Below, in pieces: positions 24,086-35,764 of a stretch of 46,479 nucleotides of DNA (position 1 is its first letter; each line of letters opens with the position of its first letter). A program made the translations under genes and the position numbers. The stretch covers positions 1 to 46,479 of the forward strand of contig JYFJ02003090.1 of the NCBI GenBank assembly GCA_000934665.2, given 5' to 3'. A model generated the notes under the pieces. The model saw only the letters and a list, made by a program, of their open reading frames with translations. It was not told where the DNA came from and did not search any database. Source of the stretch: Catajapyx aquilonaris (Eukaryota).

Positions 24086-27000
24086 AATCTTCTTCTTCGG
24101 GACCCGACAGACTCCTTTCACCTCCAACAATGTGTTTCCATCTCAACCACGCACACCTTTAGTAACCACGCACAAGCCGCAAGCACATCCACCTTCCTCG
24201 AGCTCCAAAAGTCGACTGAGATCCTCCGGTTTGACTCTTGACACCATTTTTGTTGGGGCCTGCTGTCGAATGGCGCGCGTTCGCCGGAAGGGTTGCCGTG
24301 ATTGGGCGGATTTTTTAAATTTTTTGGAGACGCGTGTGTCATGGCCTGACGACCATTTTCGGGTACTCTCGAGTGGCAGAGCTGAACCGACAAGGTTGGC
24401 CCGCCCGGATCGTCATCGTCGTACACTGGAAAAGAGAACGCCCAACCTGCTCTTTGGCCCTTATTCCATCTTACCTGACTTATAATAATATCTGGGTTGT
24501 GGAGAGAAAGACAACGAAGAAAAAAATAAGTGCTTGTCAGAGATATGGTGCCGAACTAATCGTTTCAGAAAATAGCGATGCTTGGCTGTCCTGCTAAGAC
24601 AATGATGCTATATATGCGCTCTTTGTCATAATTTCACACTTTTCTAAGCCCATAATTTTGTGCATGGAGGTTGCACACTGATCTTATTGTTGGGAGAGGG
24701 GGGGGGGTGGAAGTACAGGAATTTACGCTGGTGAAGTTATCAGCGCGAGGTCGTATGAACCATACTGTGACACAAGTTGCTGCACAGTGCACTGTTAATA
24801 ATGGCTGTTCAACCCAAGTAACCATCAACAATATTGTATATAGTTTTATTGCTGAATTGAACAATAATTACTTTCCTCCTAATGTAATGTCCTGTAAAAT
24901 AGTAATTGGTACGTATAATGTAAAGGAGTGTTTCAAGCATGTAAAAGGTCTACCGGTATCTTAAGGCTGTTTCACATAACAGTAACGAACGTCAGCTGCA
25001 GCGAACACAACACGGTCTTCTCAGAAAACATTTTTTTTTGAAAAGCAGAAATATGCACGAGAACCAGCGAACATTATGATGTATGATGTGCAACATGTTC
25101 CTGTCCCCTTTAGGCATTGAAGTCTTCTGCGGTGGAATGGTCGAAAGTGGTTCTTGTGGGAAGGTAAGTGTGCAAAGTGATTTTTGTGAAACGCAAATTC
25201 TCGTCCTCATTGAGCACTCAAGTCTTCTGTGGTGACTTGGTGGAAAGTGCGGCTTTTGTGAGTGAGATATAGGAGACAAAAAGATGTTGAAAAATGGTAG
25301 GTCTACTAACTTAATTTCTATAGGCCGTCAGTGGTCAGTCTGCTGAAATCGATTCAGGCCCAGAGCTCTGATGCAAGCAGATCTATGTTATTCTCATATC
25401 CACAATAAGTTAACATTTTTTGCTTCCATATAATTATTGTAGTTTTGAGAGGTACTCCATTTTCACTTATAATAAAGGCGCACAATTATTTTGGATGCTC
25501 CCTCAAGAGACGATTTATAAATTCTTCGAAAGTATCTTCCGATTTGATAGAACATCTAATTCTGAATATATATCGCAATAATTTGCTCTAGGGAATGATT
25601 TATTGCGTAACTTTGGAGAATATGTTATTCAATATGATTGGGGTATAGGTTGTTTTTAACTGAGTAGAAAAGATTTGAAAACAATATATGCAAAACAACA
25701 ACAACAATAATCTTCTAGTCTTATTATGCTAACCATACATGCTGCATTGAATGTCTATCAATGGTGATATCCAACTAAAATACATTCAGGAAGACCTCTT
25801 TTTTCTACCGATATAATTCATCCGGGCATGTTAAAAATGCCATTATATGAAGCACCGTTAGAATGACGTCACATCCGACAACCTATCCTAATGTCATCTA
25901 AACATCGCTCACAACAAGGGCAATAAAGCTCATGATACCCATATAAAGTGCAGGGAGGTTAATAAAATTGATTGACAGATACCCATACAAATGATGCTCT
26001 TCAATGATACCACCAGCCAGGAAGAAGGTTTCACAATACAGGAACGAAGTGAACAACACGTAACTTCTGCTCTTTGGTTGAACTTGGACAGTGCATCACC
26101 CTGTATGAGCTAATTAGAGTTTCTAACGTAATAACAGCATTAATGACGAAAGTGCATCACGGACTGCATCGACAAGTTCGACAGATTATAAAATATGATG
26201 TAATGTACTTTCCATGTAACTAACAATGGTTTCAAAAAAAAATATGCAAGAATCTCAATCGAAACATGCATCCAGATATATGATGGCATATGGTGACATA
26301 TGAGAACACGACCTGCCGATCCTGTCATGGGAAACAAATTCTTACAGCGCACGCTTCTGTCAATGCATGACTCGGTGCAACAAATTGCACAGCGTAGAAA
26401 TATAATTGCGTCGTATGACTTCCCACTCATTCTTTTTCTACTTGCCTTCTTTTCTTTCTCTCCTGTTCTGATTTGCCATATGAACCCCCCCTCCAAAAAA
26501 TTGGGCACAACCACGAGCGCCAACGTGACCCACAAAGCACCTGGAAATGTCATTCTTCACGCGTCCCATCCTCCGCTGCTCATATCGTCCTTCATGTCCA
26601 CCAAACAGATCCGGTTATCATCCGCTATTTTTTTTTGATTTTTTTTTTTCCTCTCGGTGTGACTGATCTGAGGAATCATCTGCATCACTATCTGCATGTC
26701 ACGCCAGACACGACCAACCCAACGGTCGCATATGAAAGGCATCACAAACACCTCGGTGTCACTATCATCTCCAGGTGCCATCAGTTGCGTGTCACATAAA
26801 TTGCGGTTGCGCACCGTATTTTATTGCGGGATTTTTATGCCTTTCATTGTACAACTGCATTTCAATACCGTATTTTAAAACACCGTATTATATTTTATTA
26901 ATGTTTAATACAATTAGATTTTTATTGCATGGTATTATGTAAATAGTTAAACCGTGTTTTAAACATTACAGGAGATATTTAATACTTAATAAGTTATATT

Positions 27001-28528
27001 AATTTTTTATTTGGTATTATATCGGTAAACTACAAGTATTTTTGCAGGCCTTTCATTGTACAATATTATCAGTACATACGGTATAATGTATTGTACGCGT
27101 AAGTGCAGTATTATTCCAGCACTTTTAAGGACATAATGCTTAATAGCTCGATTATTACGGGACAGTTGGGTCCACTACAGTTACGGAGGAGAAAGTGAGG
27201 GTTAATTCCGCGTATACGATAGGCAATCGTCCAGTAATTCATTTACAACGGATTAACGACTTGGCACTTTCCTAACGGGTAATTAGGAGTAGTCCTGTCA
27301 CACGACAATGCCTCGGCAGTGGCACTGACATTAATAGAGCTCTAACTCGATGCTGTTATATATTGTTGTTTGGCCTACAGCTCAAAGAAAGAGATCACTC
27401 CATTTCAAAGACGTATGTTCAAAAATCTTCTCATTTGCAGAGTGATCAGAGTCACACTTTATTTGAAATTGAGTTATGCAGCGCTTTCTTGAGGTATTGT
27501 ACTCAGATGATCAAGTTTTTTTTTCTAATATTATTAACCTAAAATGCTGCCCTCAATTACACGATGCCGTAACAGCCTTTGCACTGAACCGAAAATAGCC
27601 TAAGAGCAATGACAGTAATCAAAAAAAGGTGACATACAGTATGCCTTGTTATGACTTGAGCGTCACTGGCATGCGTTTGTAACCCTAGCTGCGGTTGCGC
27701 CAAATCAAATCGGCAGAGCATAAGTTTACACGAGCTGCGAAACATGACGCAGTCCACTTACTAACAAAACCTTAATTAGACAGCGCCCTGCTCACTGACC
27801 CACAACGGCACTGACCCGATTACATTTTTTAACAATCCAAAAAGCAGCAGCACTAACTAGTGCACTTCTGCAATGAGACATTGACCAGTAACATCGGCTC
27901 ATCCCTGTTGTCCATATACCTGCAGAATAAGTCAGAAGAGTTGTACACACACAGAGAGTTCCTTAAATTATGCTGTGTTTTTCTTGCAAATAATAAGCTC
28001 TGCAGAACCTCTCCCGCGGTCATGCTTTCTAACGGAGGAGTAATCTTAAGACGATGGCTTATGTAACGTCGGTAGCGGCCCTGCATGCATGGGCTGCTTT
28101 CATTCATTTCAGAAGCACATGTCCCCGATTTTATGGAGACGGATTACTTGGGTCGTAACAATCAACCTTGAACTCTTTCCTGCTGCAAAATTAGCTGTAG
28201 TTGTAATACTCTGTAATACATTGCAGTTTGAATAATGAGCTGGGTGGAGATTCCTTTTGGTGAGTATGTCGCAGGAGTCAATTTTGTCACATCTCGAATG
28301 TATAGCATTGGTTTTTAATTGGTTGGACGGAATGAAAACGTAGTATTGCTATGGCCATGATCCATATTATGTCAGATTGGCAATCATTACAGGGCAGTCT
28401 TTTTTTAAAGATATATTGCTACTGTAACAAAAAAACTGATTTATTGATGAAAAATATTATATATGACTTACACCATAATGATCCTATACAGAATCATGGA
28501 CTTACACCATTGTTGACTGGGTGTAATA

Positions 28529-29070
28529 CAATTGAATCTGGATATGATAGACATCAAGGGACCGCGGAAATCACTCTTGTTATAACCGCAAGGTCTGTTA
28601 GTTATAGCCGAATACACAAACTAATTATGGAAATATGCTGGGACCGTCCTTTCGAATCTGTTATAGCCTATTAGGCTATAACAGATTAGGCTGTTTTCTT
28701 CTTCTTCTTTTTCATTTGCCCCGTGATGACCTGTTGGGTCTATAGGGGGTGGTGGATTACCACCATTGGTATTTTTGGAGCGAGTTTAAAAATATCTTAA
28801 TTAGTGTACTCCAAGGGTTGGTAGGAGGGGATGTGCAAAGTGCATGTGCGCTGTCGTTAATTAGTCATTTTGTGAACTCCCCCGGGTGGATTAGTCTTTA
28901 GGAAATTTCCACCCGAAATGAAGCCAGAGATGGCCCAACTCTGCACGGATAAAGGTGGGAACCCCGGGTGGGGATTGAACCCGGGACCTTCATATCCGTG
29001 GGCGCACGCGTTACCGCGACACGACTTCATCTCCAGATTAGGCTGTTATACGCGTATCTGGTCTCAACTG
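28529..29070. mobile_element. pogo/Tigger-like MITE, TA-flanked, interrupted by a SINE
   Basis: Imperfect TIRs TA|CAATTGAATCTGGATA ... TATCTGGTCTCAACTG|TA. A related partial copy lies at ~34255-34353 (ttatggaa..g.c.ggaccg.cctttc...tctgttatagcct...tcaactgTA). Confidence 0.6.
28696..29033 (-). mobile_element. tRNA-derived SINE
   Basis: 5' tRNA-like head with B-box GGTTCAATCC (28981-28972) and an upstream A-box-like sequence; (AAG)n tail at ~28696-28710; 14-bp TSD CAGATTAGGCTGTT at 28682-28695 and 29034-29047. Confidence 0.8.
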
Positions 29071-29259
29071 TATTTATAAAATTTCCTTTGATCATTCCTC
29101 AACTTGAACAAAAATGATTTTAGCAAAAATTAATTTCAATAACAAATTTAAGATAAGGAAATTTTCAGCAAATATTTAAAATGATCAAATTCACAACATT
29201 CGATAACTTTTGCCTCCTGGTCTGTAACTCGTTTATTAATTTATTGATGGCAATGAAAG

Positions 29260-29695
29260 GGTTCCGTCACACATAGCCCGAAACAAACTCGCCCAATGCA
29301 AATTCGCCCGAAGAAAATTCGCCCGACGTAAACTCGCCCGTCGAAAATTCGCCCGCCGTATGTATTCGCCCGATGTAAACTGGCCCGATGTAAACTGGCC
29401 CGATTTACCGGTACACACTCATCGCCTGGTGCGATTAACCAGCCCAGGCGAGTGTGTGTGTACCGGTAAATCGGGCGAGTTTACATCGGGCGAGTTAGCA
29501 TCGGGCGAGGTTGTATCGGGCGAATACATACGGCGGGCGAGTTTTCGGCGGGCGACTATGTACGTCGGGCGAATTTTCTCTGGGCGAATTTGCATTGGAC
29601 GGGCGAAAGTGCATCGGGCGAGTTGACGTCGGGCGAATTTTCTTCGGGCGAATTTGCATTGGGCGAAAGTGCATCGGGCGAAGTGGTATGACACC
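29260..29695. mobile_element. Foldback/MULE-type non-autonomous element built from ~15-bp TCGCCCG-core subrepeats
   Basis: Near-palindromic element: left arm of (A/T)TCGCCCG units, right arm of CGGGCGA units, centre ~29435, GG...CC ends, perfect 9-bp TSD CAATGAAAG (29251-29259 and 29696-29704). Confidence 0.85.
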
Positions 29696-29758
29696 CAATG
29701 AAAGATGTCACATTCCAAATAAAGTTTGAAATGCCCGCTTTTACGAGTCTGAGCAATT

Positions 29759-30063
29759 AATTTTTCGACCTAGTCCCCACCGACGTCGACGTCGATGACC
29801 CTCTGCAGACATGAAACAAGCCCAAGTGGACGCATTGGAGACGATGCAGTTCCGCGTTGTTTTGCCTCACCCACCCTACAGTCCAGAGACCTACCCCCTG
29901 TGACTTCTGGCTATTCCAGAAGCTGAAGGAACATCTGAAGGGCACCCGTTTTGCGTCCGACGAAGAGGTCGCCAATGCAGTCAGCAAACAGCCAGCCTCA
30001 TTCTTCTCTGACGGCATGCAAAAACGTTGACGTCGACGTCGGTGGGGACTAGGTCGAAAAATG
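29759..30063 (+). mobile_element. Small IR-bounded element carrying a degenerate mariner transposase fragment
   Basis: 33-bp inverted repeats TTTTTCGACCTAGTCCCCACCGACGTCGACGTC (29761-29793 and 30029-30061). The frameshifted interior reads VDALETMQFRVVLPHPPYSP-DL-P-CDFWLFQKLKEHLKGTRFASDEEVANAV..QPASFFSDGMQK, which includes the mariner YSPDL motif. AATT flanks both sides. Confidence 0.8.
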
Positions 30064-32361
30064 AATTGAAGGCATGAATTGCACAAGGGCCCAAGTCCGT
30101 CATTTTACGAAAACGGATTTAACACATGATAACACTCTAAACGCATGGGCGCATCTGTTATGACCGAGAAAAGGGCCGAAGTCCATATTCCTCGAGCGTA
30201 TGTAAAGATTTTTTTCATAACGATATCATGAGAGGTAAGGAGGAAACGGGAAGGTTCTTTGCTTCTCCTGAAAAATTTTGTCGTTTGGACTTGGGCCCTT
30301 GTGCAATTCACGCCTTCAATTGCTCCTCGGACAGCAGGCATTTCAAACTTTATTTTGAATGTGACTTCTTTCATTGTCATCAATTAATAAATAAGTTGCA
30401 GAGCAGGAGACAAAATTGAACAACCCTCGTAATTTTACACATGGCAAATCTGATAGCTACACACTTATTATCTGTCATACACAATATTATTTTGTCTATA
30501 GAGGTGCCCCCAGAAATATCGCTTGGATCTTCGGCGGTCATCTTTAATTATCTCGGCTGGATGATTAAATTATCGCAACTGGAAGATTCGTTTACACGTG
30601 TCAGATACACACACGACACGTGTTGGATTGGTAGTTCACACGAAATGCTTGAGCGTGAGATTGGTTGAATTTCTTCTAGTTGTGGTGGCTTGATCAGGCA
30701 GTTTCTCCAGCGGGAAAAGAGTTCCAATTCAAGCGGAATTATGTGTATGTCAACACAGAAATAAAGATACTTTACGGCACACTCTTTAAAATACACAGAA
30801 TCTGTTGGATGATAGCTGTTGCCACTTGCCATGACTGACTGCTATTTCAAGAGTTGCTCCTGGTAGTGCAAGACTAAAAATAGAAACGCTGTTTCCCCCT
30901 GTGGATTTCAGTTTCGATAATATCTGCACATATACCTATACTTTCAAATTATTCAGCTAGAGAAAATACGGACAGCAGATTTTATCTCGCCATGGGCAGA
31001 TTATGACTGCCAATTGAAACTGCCAAGCAATCGCTGATTAAAAGTATAGCTAGTGAAAAGTTTAACTGGAAGGTGTTTTCATTTATGCAAATTGTGCATG
31101 AAATGCCTGTTCTATAGTCTCGATGTGCTTTAAACTGTGGCACCTTCAGTGTAAAAAATATTGTATAAAAACTGCATGCAAATAAATATGTTTCTTAATA
31201 ATTACTCGTTTTCTCTAGCGCCATGTCATTACAGGGTCATTAGAAAAGGGGTAAAACCAGTGCCACTCTCTCATGTTGGACCAGGTAGGGTACAACGCTG
31301 TAAATAATGAAAATTATCTCTTGCTAAAGAAGTATCAAAATATATTTACAATTGAGATTCAATTACAATAATAATAAATCTGCATAAAACCAATATTATG
31401 TCCCAGTGCTGTGGAAGCATGTGCACCCTTTGACACAGGCAGTAGTTGCTCATATTATTGTTTTATGTTTTTTTGTACTTTCAGACAAGCTAAAATTATT
31501 TTTTTGAACAAATAAAACATGTCAAAGCCACACTTAAGCTATCTGGAATTGACATGATAGTTACACGCAACTTAAGAAAATAAGCTAAATCAAAACTAGC
31601 CTGTCTATAAGTTACAAAATTCAGATCATAGTGAGACAGATTACAGGTTTACTCTGTCTCCTTCTAGTCACTTAATTCAAAGAGCCATATTTAACTCTTC
31701 CCAATCCCCTCGAGGTGCATGCTGACAGCAATAGGCTACATTCTATTCCAGGGCTATTCAACTGGTGGACCGCTGCGCAATTTTGTCCGGACCACCAAGA
31801 TGTGTTACAACTACATATTACAAAAATAATAATGAAACTGGGACTTCCGAGAGGTCTTGGTGCAGATAGTCGCTGGTTTTCCAAGTGATCAGTTCTTGTT
31901 TGGTGAGAGTCGAAAGGGTAGTTTGGGGTACCCATGAAGAATAGCAAGAAAGTGGACGCAGACGACAGGATGAAAAATAAATATGGTACCAAAGCAATAT
32001 GTCACAAGACCATTTGGAAGCCTGCCTACAATTTGTCACAACTTCCCACATACCAGATTTCGCGATGTTGGTTGAGGAGGAAAAGTGCAACTTTTCTTAC
32101 TGAAGTGTGAACAGCGACTTACGCGCCAACTACAATCACAATCATATTATTATATATAGTGCGACTTTGCGCCATCTAGTAGTGTAATTTGCTACCAACG
32201 TACATGCCAATATGTCAGACAACTCCCCGCGCCATGTAGTATTGTAATAATTATTGTAAGTTAATGAGTGGTTTTTTTTCTTTTGGGTGTGTGTGTTTGT
32301 GTCCTGACCTTCATTGACCTCGGAAAGGTAAATCCTGGACCTGGAACATGCAAAACAAGGC

Positions 32362-33112
32362 TTATGGGATGCTCAAGATAATGTCCTCAACCTCATCGTT
32401 GCTGAACATGTGGACGTAATTGTCCGGGGTCATTACAGTGCAAACTTCCACGTTTGTCGAATTCAGAGCCTCAGGCTCCATCACCTGCTTCAGGAAGATC
32501 ATGGATGCTCGAAGGGCCTGACCCATGGTCATCGTCTGGAGAGAAATCATCAGCAACAATTAGTTGAAAAATGCGTCAAGGGGGACATTCACTGACCTCT
32601 AGGTAATTAGTTTCCCACCAGACCCTGCTCTGCGACATTGCTTCCCGACCCGATGACCCTGATGTCCAGAAACTTCTCAGCCATCCCCAAGGAATTCACA
32701 TGGTAGAGAAGCGGACCATCTTTGTCAATTCCTGCGATGAGGACATCATCCATGAAGGGACTGGACATGGCCCAAGCGACCGACTCCACACCCATCCGCC
32801 TGCCGTCGTGGAAGTACAAGTATAGCTCAGGCACTCCTGGCTAGCTTGGCGTATCTTCCATTGTGAGTCTTCCAGCAGGCCAGACACGGCACAAGCAACA
32901 TGATGGTCTAACTAATCAGGAGGAAGATAGTGCCACTTTATAAATCAGACACTGTCGTAACAATAATGAAAACTGTAGTACTTTGACAATCTTCTTGGTG
33001 GTGATAGGCTCCATGAGGGCAGGGGTTATCCTCTTCCCAACTACCAACATAACACCTTTCGGGGTTTTGATCCTGATGGCCGTGAAGGGATTGATCGCAG
33101 CCACCATCCCAG
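32362..33112 (-). pseudogene. PSMA5: Unprocessed pseudogene of proteasome subunit alpha type-5
   Basis: TAIRIKTPKGVMLVVGKRITPALMEP..KIVK|LDHHVACAVSGLLED...MGVESV..AMSSPF...IAGIDKDGPLLYH...VIGSGS...|TMTMGQALRASMIFLKQVMEPEALNSTNVEV..HMFSNDEVE follows PSMA5. Introns at 32981-32912 and 32596-32536 are retained. Frameshifts near 33090-33105 and 32815-32822, in-frame TAA at 32607-32609, and no N-terminal exon found. Confidence 0.8.
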
Positions 33113-34520
33113 CTGGAAACATTTGACGAACAAGGGGTTAGCAATTTCTTGGAACCGATGTACAGGCTACAGGGTCCCACTGGAACTGGCAGGTGGAACC
33201 ACCTGGTTCCAGGATCTGGTGTACACTTCCGTAGGGAGTTGCTAACCCTTGTTGACGAACTATTGAAACATTTTTCATCGTGTGACCTCTGGCGCATCAA
33301 GTGCATACATGAGAGTACAGCAAGGTTAGGGTTATATGTGTGTAGCACTTTTGTAGTAGGATTTGTGATTTTGAACCAATTAACCCGTGACAAGGTCTAA
33401 GAGGGTGGGGGTGCCTGGCCAACTGTACATGTAAATAAAAGGGGGGTGTACATGAATTGTATACGGTACAAGTGTCTATACCGGCGGGAGGGCGGGAATG
33501 AAATTAGTGAAAAAAAGTGTCCGCGGTAATTTATGATGGACGACCGCTTACTTGTTCATGTGATCATTCACGTTGAATGTACTCTTTACTTGTTCATGTG
33601 ATCATGAAGACCAGCCAACTTATTAGTCTCATAGAACGGCTGTCTGCCTGTCTGTGGACAGGTCAGACAGACTGCCCCTTCCCCTTGGGTGCCGAGGACA
33701 GACACACAGACAGACAGACAGACCCGTTCTGTAAGACTTTTTTCTTCGAAAAAGTCCCCTGGCCCGCTTGATGCCACGGAAATGTGGTACATGGCTGCAT
33801 TGTTTATAGTGTTGCCTTAGGGGTAACTGTAAGTGAGGAAATTAAATGATATTCTGCACTGCATTGTAGCCCACAGCATGAAATAATTTATTGCAATAAA
33901 TGAGTAATTATTACAGCTCACACAGCATTAGCATTTAATAGAGTGTGACTACTACTTTTCTGAATGATGCACTTAAAATCATTTTACATAATTATCAGAT
34001 TGTGGCATAAATTAAAATAGAGTAGCCTACAATAATATTATGCTTGCTTCAATGAAAATTAATATCATATGAACATCCTACAGCATTTAAAACCAGAAAA
34101 TAATGATAAAGAATGAGCCTGTCCACCACATCTTGTACGTGAATATAAACAGTGTTGAGTAATCAAAAACAGCATATTTTCTCTCCAAGGGGCCAAAAAA
34201 TGGTCTGTTATAGGTGAGGTGAGGTGAAAATGAGTATGTTACATCAGGAAAAACAATACACAGGGCTTATGGAAGTTTGCCAGGACCGACCTTTCTAGTC
34301 TGCTATAACCGAAAGTCTGTTATAGCCTAGGCTTTTCTATCCGGATTCAACTGTACATTATGTCATGGTTTCATGTGTTTTTTGTTGTGTTTCACTAAAG
34401 TTTTCTTTGCTCCTCGGACTATCCGACCGTTATTGTGTTCTGACCATGCCCTGGTCCAGTGGGTGATGGATAGTCGGGGTTCTACTGTACTGATGTATAT
34501 TGACGGAGGCAAACATATTA

Positions 34521-34990
34521 CCTAAGAGAAGTTGCGTCCATCTGCTGAGACTCAGTACACGGTTGGTGTGACAAGGTAGATGAACAGCAGCACACCCGCG
34601 ATGCAGAGCATGGACAGAAGGGCGGAGAGCCCAACGAAGGCCATGGCTGCAGTGAAGGGAGCGTTGAGGATGAAGTGGAAGTCGTCCAGCCTTCCCCTGC
34701 ACACCAGGTCCGGTCCGTCCCACCCCAGAAAACAGAACTTCCAGAGGTCAAAGTAGCCGGCCGAGTTGGAGTCACGGGTGTCATCCCCGATCCACTGTGG
34801 CTGGACAAACACCACCACGCATGTGATGGCCAGGCAAACGGTGAACACGACCCACAGCACACCAATAGCCTGGAAAGAGACACAAAAGTGTTCGTGGTTC
34901 GAATGGAAAGGACCCGTGTGTATATGGTGCCTTTGAGTCCCTGACGTAGCTGGTGGCGTAGAGCTGCTGAGAGGACTCCGGGTACTCCAT
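34521..34990 (-). pseudogene. Truncated LHFPL3/4/5 (Tmhs-like) tetraspan pseudogene
   Basis: LYATSYVRDSK|AIGVLWVVFTVCLAITCVVVFVQPQWIGD...AGYFDLWKFC...CRGRLDDF...FTAAMAFVGLS matches the LHFPL N-terminal half. Weak GC donor at 34930, TGA at 34552-34554 after TVY, then a frameshift before WTQLLL; no TM3-TM4 exons found downstream. Confidence 0.75.
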
Positions 34991-35691
34991 CTTGTTTTAT
35001 AGGTGGGTAGTACAGCTTTCTGGTGGTGCGTACTGTTCAGCTAAGTGCATAGGGACCTAGTGCTGACTTTCCCGAGTGGCGGAAAAGCAATTTGAGCTCA
35101 AACAAACGTGTAGAACAGAAGTTACAGACATTTTTAACCATACCCGCAGCATCCCATTTTCCGATTCCGCACGGCCATGCTGTATACACCAAATTCCCAA
35201 TAGTAGCACACTGATCGATACTATTGCGGGTTTTTTGCTCTCTGTATTTTACAGATATCACAATGCCAAGTCACTGAAGTCAGGATAATATTATTGGGAA
35301 TGAACCAATATTTCCAAGAGCACCACTCTGACACTATAATTATACAAAGTGATTTGATTGGCACAACTTGCTCAACTGTCTCGGATTTTTAAATATCTTT
35401 AAAGCAAAACTATAGGCTACTGACTTTCAGCTGATACTCACGATTCACTTCATTGCCTATTTTAAATTCATAGTTATAGGCAAGAGCACTATGTAATAGT
35501 GAAAATGAAATGAAAAAGTGGTTCATTTATTTGTAGGCAAAACATAAATATTCCTCATGATCACGTGAAGTCTTTCATATAGCCCTAATATTATTGTCCA
35601 CGTTATTGTCTCAGAACATTAAATTGTCGCATTCACATTTTTGTCACGAAGGATTATGGAAAGACACCATTTAGAGATTTAATAAATAAAT

Positions 35692-35694
<3 letters not shown>

Positions 35695-35760
<66 letters not shown>
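35695..35760. repeat. (CA)n microsatellite
   Basis: Uninterrupted CA tract of about 66 nt. Confidence 0.95.
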
Positions 35761-35763
<3 letters not shown>

Positions 35764-35764
35764 T

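Larger units (their letters stand above)
29208..30431. mobile_element. Outer mariner-type long-TIR MITE hosting the two insertions above
   Basis: The right arm 30284-30431 (ending CAACCCTCG|TA, a mariner-like TACGAGGG terminus) is the reverse complement of the left arm reassembled from 29208-29259, 29705-29758 and 30064-30098. The left terminus is degraded. Confidence 0.7.

Noticed and set aside
19900..28500. Numerous 60-150 aa ORFs in ADAMTS intron 1 and the upstream region
   Set aside because: Apart from the signal-peptide exon, no motifs, codon bias or splice chains; consistent with chance ORFs.
29236..29756. Repetitive ORFs (SPDVN, GEF, ARRK) and a CRISPR-like appearance
   Set aside because: Artefacts of 15-bp subrepeats in a TSD-flanked foldback element; no unique spacers, no cas genes, eukaryotic context.
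33100..33122. MFPAG as the missing LHFPL FPxGW exon or as the PSMA5 start
   Set aside because: Better explained as the splice acceptor tttccag|CTGGGA (LG of the LGSTAIG motif).
33395..33780. Harbinger-like end, 20-bp direct duplication and (GACA)n stretch
   Set aside because: Fragmentary TE debris without definable paired termini.
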